Assembly: GCA_027460535.1 (NCBI GenBank)
Contig: JAPZAR010000020.1
Location: 41,640-73,639 of the forward strand
Direction: 5' to 3'
Origin: Candidatus Methanoperedens sp.
GTDB lineage: Archaea; Halobacteriota; Methanosarcinia; Methanosarcinales; Methanoperedenaceae
DNA length: 32,000 nt
Both the position numbers and the translations under genes were made by a program. The notes under the pieces were generated by a model, which had not been told where the DNA came from, searched no databases, and saw only the letters and a list, made by a program, of their open reading frames with translations. This document shows, in pieces, positions 17,842 through 26,770 of this stretch. Numbering within the stretch: position 1 is the first letter of the stretch; each line of letters begins with the position of its first letter.

Positions 17842-18675
17842 TCATTCACAAACAGGAAATATTTTATCTTTCAAGTTTGTTTCCAGATCCTGTTTCATTG
17901 TTTCAATAACATTGTTAATAATGCCCTCGACTTCTTTCTTTAATACGTCGTCATTTTTGAAAAAATCATCGTCTGTTTTTGCATTATATTGTGCGCCATG
18001 AGTTCTATATACAAAACCGAACGGAGCAAGAACATACCCCATTTGCTGAAAATAAATAAAAATGTCCAATGCCGTTTTCATTCCTCCATCCTCATGGCCA
18101 TTGACTAAAATCCCAACAACTTTTCCAGTAGTTAAGCCTTCTTTTTTCAGTAAATAAAGATTTTGAAGGCATGTCAGCCTGTCCAGAAAATCCTTTAATC
18201 GCGCAGAAATATTATTCCAATTTATAGGAGAAGCCACGATCACTGCTTTGGAATCAACTATCATCTCATGGAGTGCAGGCGCATCATCCAGCTGGTTCCT
18301 GCATGGGTATGTGCATGCAGAATCCCTCATACTGTAGCAGCACCAGCAGTGTTGAATATCCAATTCGTTCAAATTAAACAGTCTATAACTCACGCCTGTT
18401 CTTTTAAGAGCTTTTTCTGCCAAACTTACTAAAACTCCAGTATTATGACCTCTGTGAGAACTTCCATTAATCAATAAAACATCAAATTTTTCCCCATCGT
18501 ATCTGAGTTTTTGCTTATCATTTAGTTCCGAATATTCTTTAGAAGAACTACTGCATTGGGGACATTCTTCCGGAGGCTCATTTCCCTTATGGATATACCC
18601 GCACACGCTGCATTTCCAGGCTTTACTTTTTTGCAAGCTGATCTTTTTCGTTTCCGCGGATGCAGTAGTAAACAT
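17842..18675 (-). CDS. rubredoxin-like zinc-ribbon domain fused to a flavodoxin-like FMN reductase / iron-sulfur flavoprotein (ISF-like)
   Basis: WKCSVCGYIHKGNEPPEECPQC is followed by FDVLLINGSSHRGHNTG and a compact Cys motif HCWCCYSMRDSACTYPC, as in ISF-type proteins. The start is ambiguous: ATG at 18675, the frame is open to 18756, and a TTG lies nearer 18640. Confidence 0.75.
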   Translation of the reverse strand: MFTTASAETKKISLQKSKAWKCSVCGYIHKGNEPPEECPQCSSSSKEYSELNDKQKLRYDGEKFDVLLINGSSHRGHNTGVLVSLAEKALKRTGVSYRLFNLNELDIQHCWCCYSMRDSACTYPCRNQLDDAPALHEMIVDSKAVIVASPINWNNISARLKDFLDRLTCLQNLYLLKKEGLTTGKVVGILVNGHEDGGMKTALDIFIYFQQMGYVLAPFGFVYRTHGAQYNAKTDDDFFKNDDVLKKEVEGIINNVIETMKQDLETNLKDKIFPVCE

Positions 18676-18850
18676 GTCTAAACCCCATTTTTTCGTGAAC
18701 CGGACAGCCCGGGCACAAACATCCTTTTTCCTCTTTAATGCATTTGCTTTTTCCAATTGTCGAAAGACAAAATGCTATTTCTTCCCTGCATTCGATATAT
18801 GTGGGACAAAGCCCGCATATGCATAACTTAATGGCTTCTTTTTTATCCAT
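18623..18850 (-). CDS. small Cys-rich protein (DUF2769-like)
   Basis: 75 aa. CICGLCPTYIEC...FC...GKSKCI...GCLCPGCPV matches the pattern I associate with DUF2769. Confidence 0.7.
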   Translation of the reverse strand: MDKKEAIKLCICGLCPTYIECREEIAFCLSTIGKSKCIKEEKGCLCPGCPVHEKMGFRHVYYCIRGNEKDQLAKK

Positions 18851-19042
18851 ATTATCTCCTATAACCGCAATATATTGATTTTATTGATTATGTATTTTAG
18901 CTATTCGGATTAATTAGATATACTGATAAAGAAAATCCTCTCTCCAATATAATTACCCTTGCCCTGATCTGCTATAGATGAACTTAATTATATTTACGAT
19001 GCGTGATCAGTAGAAAGTGTAGGTTGCCTGCCATATTTCATT

Positions 19043-20419
19043 TCAGAACACTGATACGGATTTGATGTTCATGAATTCATAGAGCCCGAATTTAGAAAGC
19101 TCCCGTCCAATACCGCTTTTCTTAATCCCTCCAAAAGGCAGGCGTGGATCGGATTTAACAAGGGAATTTATGACTACAACTCCTGATTCAAGTTCCCTTG
19201 ACAAATGAATACCTTTATTAGTGTCCTTTGTCCATAAACTTGCACCAAGACCCAGCTCTGAATCATTAGCAATCCTTATCGCTTCTGCTTCATCTTTAAC
19301 TGGAATTACTGGTGCTACCGGGGCAAATGTTTCCTCATTTATAACTTTCATTTCTTTTGTTACATCAGTAAGGATAACAGGGGAATAAAAATACCCATTT
19401 CCAGGAAGTCTTCCTCCTCCGAGTAACACTTTTGCACCCTTTGATAACGAATCCTTCACCTGATCCTCAATGATCTGGATCTGTTCTTTTCTTACAAGGG
19501 GACCCATGTCAGTATCTGGATTCATTGGATCTCCGACCTTGAGTTTCGAAGCAATTTCCACGAACTTTGAGGTGAACTCTTCAGCAATACTTTGTATAAC
19601 GATGAACCGTTTCGCAGCGATACAGCTCTGACCAGCATCCTGGAACCTGCTCAAAACCGCGATCTTTGCAGCCTGTTCAATATCAGCATCTTCAAGTACG
19701 ATGAAAGGATCACTTCCACCAAGTTCGAGAACGAACTTTTTCATGTTCTGTCCGCAAACTTCTGCCACCTTTTCTCCTGCAGAAACGCTCCCTGTCAATG
19801 ATACTGCATCTATCTCTTTTCTCTCGATAAGCGACGATGCTGTTGGCCCATCAATAAGCAGCGTCTGGAAAACCCCTTCGGGAAATCCAGCATCTGAAAA
19901 TACTTTTTCAATTTCAAGTGCACATAATGGGACGTAGCTTGAATGTTTAAGAAGAACAACATTTCCCCCAGAAAGAGCAGGAGCAGCAAAACGCAGTGCC
20001 TGCCAGAAAGGAAAGTTCCATGGCATGATGCACAGTATTGTCCCCCGCGGTTCAAATGAGACATACGCTTTCTTCGCGTCCGTTTCCACAATCTGGGGTT
20101 CTAAAAATTTCTTTGCATTCTCTGCAAAATACTCAAGAGCCCAGGCACATTTTTCAATCTCTGGTATTGATTCTCTTATGGGTTTACCCATTTCCGTAGT
20201 GATGATTTCGCCAAGTTCCACCTTTCTTCTTCGTAATACTTTTGCGGCGTTAATGAGATGTTTTCCTCTCTCAGATACGTCAAGCCTTTTCCAGTCCGAA
20301 AATGCATCTTTTGATCTCTTAATCGATTCATTTATCCTTTCTTGCGAATAAAACTCAAATTCCCTATTTACATCCCCGGTAGCAGGATTAATAGATACCA
20401 TCTTTTTCATGTATTTCAT
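19043..20419 (-). CDS. NAD(P)-dependent aldehyde dehydrogenase, succinate-semialdehyde-dehydrogenase-like
   Basis: 458 aa with the short-N-terminus SSADH-like form (SINPATGD). Contains ELGGSDPFIV and the catalytic GQSCIAAKRF. Confidence 0.9.
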   Translation of the reverse strand: MKYMKKMVSINPATGDVNREFEFYSQERINESIKRSKDAFSDWKRLDVSERGKHLINAAKVLRRRKVELGEIITTEMGKPIRESIPEIEKCAWALEYFAENAKKFLEPQIVETDAKKAYVSFEPRGTILCIMPWNFPFWQALRFAAPALSGGNVVLLKHSSYVPLCALEIEKVFSDAGFPEGVFQTLLIDGPTASSLIERKEIDAVSLTGSVSAGEKVAEVCGQNMKKFVLELGGSDPFIVLEDADIEQAAKIAVLSRFQDAGQSCIAAKRFIVIQSIAEEFTSKFVEIASKLKVGDPMNPDTDMGPLVRKEQIQIIEDQVKDSLSKGAKVLLGGGRLPGNGYFYSPVILTDVTKEMKVINEETFAPVAPVIPVKDEAEAIRIANDSELGLGASLWTKDTNKGIHLSRELESGVVVINSLVKSDPRLPFGGIKKSGIGRELSKFGLYEFMNIKSVSVF

Positions 20420-20616
20420 CTCCTTTTGTTATCTAACATATTCCTGAGGAACGTATGCAAGATTCCTCCATTTCGATAAAAATCTAGTTCAACAGGTGCG
20501 TCAAGTCTTGCTATAACGTTGAAGATCTTGTCTTTTCCATCAACTTTTGCAACTACCCGCAGTTTTCCTCCCGGCTTTAGACTACCGATGCCAGAAATGT
20601 CAGAGATCTTTTCCAC
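20416..20616 (-). pseudogene. orphan fragment corresponding to the last ~60 aa of aconitate hydratase (swivel-domain C-terminus)
   Basis: LKPGGKLRVVAKVDGKDKIFNVIARLDAPVELDFYRNGGILHTFLRNML matches the conserved AcnA C-terminal tail (..R.DT.VE..Y...GGIL..VLR.L). Only 66 aa are present. It has an ATGA overlap with the downstream ALDH. Confidence 0.6.
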
Positions 20617-20800
20617 CCCATGTGATGGAATACTGATTATAGTCTCCCATTATTGCAGAAGCAGCAGCGCGTTTAATCTCATCAGGGACAGGAAAATCTG
20701 GAAATCCCTGGGCAAGGTTGACGGCATGACGTGTTACGGCAAGCCGTGACATATCACGAATTACCGATTCGGTAATATGTTCTAATCTGTGAGATAACAT
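20600..20800 (-). pseudogene. N-terminal ~65-aa fragment of a class I/II (fold-type I) aminotransferase
   Basis: From the ATG at 20800: MLSHRLEHITESVIRDMSRLAVTRHAVNLAQGFPDFPVPDEIKRAAASAIMGDYNQYSITWG, the typical aminotransferase N-terminus. The frame then terminates at 20600, so there is no PLP-lysine region. Confidence 0.6.
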
Positions 20801-20802
20801 GG

Positions 20803-21501
20803 TCAATACCCTGGAAAATTTTCTTGATGGATCATATCGTCTTGAATTTCCAATGTTTTGAGAATTTCTACAGAACTTGTTACAAGGGACGACGGACCGC
20901 AAACATAAAAAACACATTCTTTATAATCTGGTATCTCTTCTAAGACCATCTGGACGTCTATATGTCCACGCCTTCCTTTCCATTTCTCATCTGGCTGGGA
21001 CAGTGTATGGATTACCCTGAGGTTTTGATTTAGCTTTTCCAGGCGATCCAGTTCTTCCTTGAAAACTATGCTTTCTTGATTCCTGTTTCCATATAAAAAA
21101 GTAATACGGGATTTCATTTCATTATCCGTGCAATATTTAATCATGCTCCTAAGTGGCGTTATCCCGATACCCCCCGTTATCATCCCTACTCTGGGATATT
21201 CACCGTTGAACGCAAAATTCCCGTATGGCCCATCAAGGTATGCCCAATCCCCTATTTTGAGCCTGTCAAGAGCAACTGAGAACTCATGGTCTGTAATCTT
21301 TTTTGTGAATTCAATAAACTCCTTTTCCGTTGGACTGCTTGAGATCGTAAAATGCTTAGTGATTTTATTACCCTCGCTGAGAATTGTTACGAATAAAAAT
21401 TGACCGGGATCGTAATCAAAACCTTGTGGTCTTCTAAACCTGAAGCTCTTTACATCGTGTGTTCGTTTGATTATCTCGGAGACACTGGTTTCTAATTTCA
21501 T
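20803..21501 (-). CDS. FNR-like FAD/NAD(P)-binding oxidoreductase
   Basis: The FAD-binding barrel has the FNR-type FAD-binding motif as KHFTISS (in GNKITKHFTISSSP). The NAD-binding motif is GGIGITPLRSM. Size is 232 aa. Confidence 0.85.
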   Translation of the reverse strand: MKLETSVSEIIKRTHDVKSFRFRRPQGFDYDPGQFLFVTILSEGNKITKHFTISSSPTEKEFIEFTKKITDHEFSVALDRLKIGDWAYLDGPYGNFAFNGEYPRVGMITGGIGITPLRSMIKYCTDNEMKSRITFLYGNRNQESIVFKEELDRLEKLNQNLRVIHTLSQPDEKWKGRRGHIDVQMVLEEIPDYKECVFYVCGPSSLVTSSVEILKTLEIQDDMIHQENFPGY

Positions 21502-21504
21502 AAA

Positions 21505-21837
21505 TCAACAAACCTCTTTTCTACTGCTATCGAACTCGGTCGCCTCCTTCGTTAAAAAGTACCCCATCACCGTTCTGATGCTGACAGTAGCGCCAAGAAA
21601 GATAATCTCTTCCTGGCTGGGAGCAACAATTGTCTTCAAAATATCACTGGCAACGAGAAAGTCCAATCCAAATACGATCTTATGTGTGAAATCTCTGCGA
21701 ATATCATGAAAACTGAGTTCTATTGACCTTTTCAATTCCAATTGCAAAGTTTTGATTATTGTTAAAATCCCTCCGTAAAGTATAATTGCAGCTCCAATAT
21801 ATGCAAAAAGTATTGACGATATATCTATGATTTCCAT
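21505..21837 (-). CDS. small integral membrane protein (DUF1622-like)
   Basis: Two or three TM helices and the conserved-looking LDFLVASDILKTIV...LGATVSIRTVMGYFL. Its stop lies 3 nt before the FNR-like start. Confidence 0.7.
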   Translation of the reverse strand: MEIIDISSILFAYIGAAIILYGGILTIIKTLQLELKRSIELSFHDIRRDFTHKIVFGLDFLVASDILKTIVAPSQEEIIFLGATVSIRTVMGYFLTKEATEFDSSRKEVC

Positions 21838-21882
21838 ATTGTATCACCTCTCACCATTATTCTTTCATAGTTATTACATGTC

Positions 21883-23076
21883 TTAATGTCTTTTTGCACC
21901 AGTGAGACTTCGCATGCTTTCCTGGTTCTCCTGAAATGAAAGATAAATTTCGCGTTTTGCCAACTCCCCAAAAAACAATTCGGGATTTATACACAGTTCA
22001 GGAGGCATGACACCACGCTTTTCAATTTTTTTTTCGGTAATCATTTGTGCGATTATTGACGGCGGCACGCCGGTATCCCAGGTACCTGCTGGTATATTCC
22101 ACCTGGAGTTTGATCTTGATTCACAGTATACTACCACATTCCTTGTCTTTCGGTTGCTCTTTCCCCTCAATTCCACTCTCAGGAACTCTACATCTTTTAT
22201 CCTGTCTTTTTCCGGAATAAACCTGTTCAACAAACTGACGGTAAAGTCAAGGGGAACAACGTCAAAGTTCTTATATTTCACAGGAGTTGTTGACGCAAAA
22301 CCGGTGTCTATGAGGAACTTAATTCTTTCAACAAACTCTTTCGGGAAACCACCTTTAAAGCTGCAATTCTTGATACCTTTATCTTTGAACGATGAAGGGA
22401 AAGTAGCGACTTCTGAATGGAGCGTATAAAAACATGTAGCACTGTTCACAGGTGAAGGAAACTCGATTTCCTCTTCCCCGGTAAGGGGCTTCACGAATCT
22501 TATTTTTCCGCCAGAGAATATCGCCGGTTCCATTGAAAATTCATCAAATATCGTACGCATCGAGTATGGAACCACAAATGGCATACTGTACTTCGTATAA
22601 TCCTTGTCAGCGAAATACACACGTATGGAGTCTATGGCATCAAGGAATCCCGAACCGTAGGCAGCCATTATGTTTGTAATTCCTGGCGTTGCACCACATC
22701 CCACAACAGCAAGAATATTTTTCTTTTTGAAACTTGAATCCAATTTCAATTGCTTTTTGGTCATGTGAAAAAGACCGCCAAGGTCAACATAATTCACTCC
22801 TGCGGAAAGCGCCGCTTCCATTACCTGTAAATTGGTGGTGTATTGGGTTGCATTGATTACAACATCAGAGCCTTTCAGGAGTTCTATCATTTTTTCCACT
22901 TCATCGGCATCTGCTTTTGCATGCATGATATTTTTACTGTTGAAGGATTCTGCAAACATTTTTGCTTTTTCTTCATTCCTGCCTGCAACGACAATCTTTC
23001 CTTTGAATGTTTCCAATAGATCAATTACCGTTATCCTCCCCATTTCCCCGTATCCGCCCAGGACGATAATTTTCAT
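21883..23076 (-). CDS. saccharopine dehydrogenase-family NAD(P)-dependent oxidoreductase
   Basis: Rossmann N-terminus MKIIVLGGYGEMGR, VINATQY...VNYVDLGG and GCGATPGITN, typical of Sacchrp_dh-type enzymes. It has a 4-nt overlap with the upstream aminotransferase. Confidence 0.85.
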   Translation of the reverse strand: MKIIVLGGYGEMGRITVIDLLETFKGKIVVAGRNEEKAKMFAESFNSKNIMHAKADADEVEKMIELLKGSDVVINATQYTTNLQVMEAALSAGVNYVDLGGLFHMTKKQLKLDSSFKKKNILAVVGCGATPGITNIMAAYGSGFLDAIDSIRVYFADKDYTKYSMPFVVPYSMRTIFDEFSMEPAIFSGGKIRFVKPLTGEEEIEFPSPVNSATCFYTLHSEVATFPSSFKDKGIKNCSFKGGFPKEFVERIKFLIDTGFASTTPVKYKNFDVVPLDFTVSLLNRFIPEKDRIKDVEFLRVELRGKSNRKTRNVVVYCESRSNSRWNIPAGTWDTGVPPSIIAQMITEKKIEKRGVMPPELCINPELFFGELAKREIYLSFQENQESMRSLTGAKRH

Positions 23077-24401
23077 TTCATTGCACCAATAGATTCACTC
23101 AATGCCTCCAGTGTTTTGTTTAAATCATCTTTAGAATGGGAATATGAGGTGTATATCGCTTCCTCGCCATCTTCGTCGATCATAATACCTCTCTTTAAGA
23201 GTTCATATTGGACCTTTGTAAACTGTTTCATATCACAATGAGCGAGGTCTCGATAATTTATTATTTTCTCCTTCTCTGTAAAGAGATACTGGAACATTGT
23301 TGGATAACCATGGACAACATGAGGGATTTTATGGTCGTCAAGGATTTCATCGATGCCTTTCATCATGCTTTTCCCATAATTTTCAAGATGAGCCCATACG
23401 CTATCCTTTTCAAGTTCTTCTAAAGTAGCCTTGCTGGCAGTAAGCGAAACTGGATTTGCAGAATATGTACCGCCATGCATGACTTTCCCGGGTCCTATCA
23501 GCTCCATAATATCTTTTCTTCCCCCAAAAGCTGCTATTGGATATCCATTTCCCAGTGATTTTGCAAACGTCGAAAGATCTGGATATACCCCAAAGAGCTC
23601 TTGAGCTCCACCTTTCCCAAGCCTGAATCCGGTCTTTACTTCATCGAAAATTAGGATAATATCATATTCTTCGCACAGTTCTTTTAGATATTTCAGGTAG
23701 CCGTTTGCCGGAGGGATGGCAGAGCAATTTCCCATAACTGGTTCTGTAATTATTGCTGCAACATCCTTGTAATTCTCTTTCACAATATATTCAATTTCTT
23801 CTGGTTTATTCCACTCGCAAACCAGCGTATATTGAGACATACCCTTTGAAATACCCCATGAAGCAGGAATTGCTTCTCTTGGGGATTGATATCCGGGTTT
23901 CGTGGAAAACGCAACAGCATCATGCCATCCGTGATAATGCCCCTCGAACTTTATTATCTTGTCCTTTTTTGTGAATGCCTTGGCGACCCGTATTGCTCCC
24001 ATCGTTGCCTCTGTTCCAGAGCCCGCAAACCTGAGCATATCAATTGATGGCACAAAATCTATTACTGTTTTTGCCACGTCGATCATAAGCTCATTATCAG
24101 AAGCATATACCAGACCCTTCTCATCTGCTTTATGCACAGCTGTATGTATTTTTCTATAACTGTGACCAAGTATGACCGGGCCATAACCCAACCGGTAATC
24201 TACATATTCATTTCCATCTACATCCCAGATATGAGACCCGAAAGCTTTTTCAATGAAAATGCTGCAGGGTCCGAACTCATGACAGACACTTTTCATGAGC
24301 CTTGCGTTTGATCCCACTCCTCCTGGGATGATTTTCGAGGCTTCCGTATACATCGCCATTGATTTATCCAACTTAAATTGTTTTGTCATATTATTCTTCA
24401 T
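23073..24401 (-). CDS. class-III (HemL/GSA-aminomutase-like) PLP aminotransferase
   Basis: Contains IIPGGVGSNARL, GSGTEATMGAIRVARAF-like (AGSGTEATMGAIRVAKAF), DEVKTGFRLG and the PLP-Lys region FAKSLGNGYPI. The track start at 24455 would overlap the upstream ALDH, whereas the ATG at 24401 lies 8 nt after its stop. Confidence 0.9.
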   Translation of the reverse strand: MKNNMTKQFKLDKSMAMYTEASKIIPGGVGSNARLMKSVCHEFGPCSIFIEKAFGSHIWDVDGNEYVDYRLGYGPVILGHSYRKIHTAVHKADEKGLVYASDNELMIDVAKTVIDFVPSIDMLRFAGSGTEATMGAIRVAKAFTKKDKIIKFEGHYHGWHDAVAFSTKPGYQSPREAIPASWGISKGMSQYTLVCEWNKPEEIEYIVKENYKDVAAIITEPVMGNCSAIPPANGYLKYLKELCEEYDIILIFDEVKTGFRLGKGGAQELFGVYPDLSTFAKSLGNGYPIAAFGGRKDIMELIGPGKVMHGGTYSANPVSLTASKATLEELEKDSVWAHLENYGKSMMKGIDEILDDHKIPHVVHGYPTMFQYLFTEKEKIINYRDLAHCDMKQFTKVQYELLKRGIMIDEDGEEAIYTSYSHSKDDLNKTLEALSESIGAMK

Positions 24402-24411
24402 ACGAATTCCT

Positions 24412-25905
24412 TTATTTTTCTCCAAAAACGGTATAATACCATGGCTTTCTGACAAGACCGGTCTGGTCGATATAAACGTGCTTAATTATTGTGTATTCCT
24501 CAAGTGAAAATATTGACAGGTCTTTCCCCGTTCCGCTCTGTTTAAAGCCACCATGCGGCATTTCAGAAGTAAGCAACCCGTGCTCGTTTATCCAGACAGT
24601 TCCAAATTTCAGTTTGCTGGCAATCCTGATAAGGTTTGTAATATCTTTTCCCCAGACTGAAGATGCCAATCCATAGACAACATCATTCGCTTTGCTAATT
24701 ACCTCATCAATGCTTGAAAACCTGGAAACAGATAATACAGGGCCGAAAATTTCTTCCTGGCAGATTTTCATTTTCTGTTCTACATTTGTAAAAATGGTAG
24801 GTTCAAAGAAATAGCCTTTCTTCAGGTTCTCAGGTCTTTTACCCCCATAAACAAGATTGGCTCCGCCTTCTATTCCGGATTTCACATACGATTCAATCCT
24901 TTCCCTCTGTCGTCCTGATATCAAAGGACCCATGTCGATTTTTTCCCCAAATGGATCCCCTATCCTTATTTTACTCGTTTTCTTTACCAATAGATCGATA
25001 AATGCATCATGAATACTTTCATGAACGTAAATTCTTGTTGCAGCCGTACAATCCTGTCCGCTGTTCAGGAAAGCTCCAGCCACTGCTCCTTCTGTTGCTG
25101 CATCGATGTCTGCATCACCCATAACGATAAACGGTGCTTTGCCCCCGAGTTCCAGATGTACTTTTTTCAGGTTACCAGATGCCATTTGCATGATCTTCTT
25201 CCCTGTAGAAGTATCACCGGTCAAAGAGATCATATCCACCCCGGGACTCGTTGCAAGTTCTTCTCCGATCTTATCTCCCGGACCTGTTATAACATTGAGA
25301 ACGCCTTTTGGTAGTCCTACCTTATCCGCCAATTTAGCAAACTCAAGAAGTGTCAGCGGAGTATAGGTCGCAGGTTTGAGTATTATCGTATTCCCGGCTG
25401 CCAGCGCAGGCGCAAGTTTCCAGATTGCTATGTATAAGGGATAATTCCAGGGAACCACTCCTACAACGACTCCAATGGGCTCTCTTCTGATTATGCTCAT
25501 GCCCAATCCAGTATACTCTGAAGCAGCACTGCCCTCCAGCATCCGGGCAGCGCCGGCGAAAAACCTGAGATTATCGATTATAAAAGGAAAATCAGAATCT
25601 TTGCTGTATTTTATTGTCTTGCCTGTATTCATTGATTCCAACCTGGCAAGGTTTTCAACATTCGCCTCAACAATATCTGCCAGCTTCCAGAGAATCTGGG
25701 AACGCTCCGCTGGAGTTTTATTAGACCAGATACCAGAGTCAAAAGCATCTCTTGCTGCATCTATTGCAGTTTTTGCATCTTCTTTTGTGCCAAGCGGGAC
25801 CCGGGCGATTTTTTCCTCGGTTGCAGGATTTATAACATCAAAAAATTCTCCGGATATTGAATCAACCCACTTCCCACCTATAAACATTTTGTATTTTTCT
25901 ATCAT
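24412..25905 (-). CDS. NAD-dependent aldehyde dehydrogenase, aminobutyraldehyde/betaine-aldehyde (PatD-like) type
   Basis: Contains KMFIGGKWVDS, ELGGKAPFIV and the catalytic GQDCTAATRIYV, a motif I associate with gamma-aminobutyraldehyde dehydrogenases. Confidence 0.88.
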   Translation of the reverse strand: MIEKYKMFIGGKWVDSISGEFFDVINPATEEKIARVPLGTKEDAKTAIDAARDAFDSGIWSNKTPAERSQILWKLADIVEANVENLARLESMNTGKTIKYSKDSDFPFIIDNLRFFAGAARMLEGSAASEYTGLGMSIIRREPIGVVVGVVPWNYPLYIAIWKLAPALAAGNTIILKPATYTPLTLLEFAKLADKVGLPKGVLNVITGPGDKIGEELATSPGVDMISLTGDTSTGKKIMQMASGNLKKVHLELGGKAPFIVMGDADIDAATEGAVAGAFLNSGQDCTAATRIYVHESIHDAFIDLLVKKTSKIRIGDPFGEKIDMGPLISGRQRERIESYVKSGIEGGANLVYGGKRPENLKKGYFFEPTIFTNVEQKMKICQEEIFGPVLSVSRFSSIDEVISKANDVVYGLASSVWGKDITNLIRIASKLKFGTVWINEHGLLTSEMPHGGFKQSGTGKDLSIFSLEEYTIIKHVYIDQTGLVRKPWYYTVFGEK

Positions 25906-26256
25906 AGATTCACCTCAAATCCAAATGGCAGCTCCATGATATTCAGAATAATTCTCACAAGTTTATCTAAATGATACTATCTTTAGAGGAACTTTTATAA
26001 GTCCAAGAGAACATTCCAACCCTAATCTTGCTGCCGCAAACAGCACATTGATCTAATGAAAAGATTGTGGTTTATTTGATAAATAGTTTCCTGATTATCA
26101 CAGTTTTTCGAGAAAGTATTAATATACAACCTGTACCAAGCTGAAGCCGATATTTTTATGACAGTCATTTATATCTCCAGAAGTGGTTCAGCTTCGGCAT
26201 CCAGCAAATCATTTACCTGAATAATCTCATCACTGAAATAGCCTCAGGGTTGAGGT

Positions 26257-26738
26257 TCAGGCGATCCTTCGGCGTGCAAACCTTGGCGCTCTGGTCATCA
26301 CGTTCTGGTTATAGCCTGCCTCAATGTAGTCCTGCAAGAATGCATAGGGTAAAAGTGCATACGACAGGGCTGCGTACCCATGTGCAGAAGTGATTGAGAA
26401 CCTCCGCTGCTTGCCCGCAGAGGTCGAGACCTCCTCAGCCTCGGCCTGCCTCAAATATGAAAAATGTCCGTTCTGGCGGCCTGCTCCGGGAAATAATATA
26501 TTCCCAGACTCCACCCGTTTATGATGGATTCCGTATTCTCACACATCGCTGTATGATTGATGCTAACATGATACTGCCAGTCATCCTCTGGTAGTGGAAG
26601 ACCATTTATCTCTTTGATCGTATTCCAGATGGGATATTTGAACCCGAATTTAGTAAATGCGCTCCATACCTGCCGGGATAGTACCTCATCAATATCTGGT
26701 TCTTGGTCTTGCCGTATCCGGCATGGTAAAGCACCCAT
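26257..26738 (-). pseudogene. two overlapping minus-strand ORFs (95 aa + 85 aa) that look like one frameshifted gene of unknown family
   Basis: ORFs 26451..26738 and 26257..26514 overlap by 64 nt in different frames. The 3' half is unusually GC-rich, and no family is recognised. Confidence 0.3.
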
Positions 26739-26770
26739 TTCGCCGATTCATATGAAAAAATAAGATTTGT

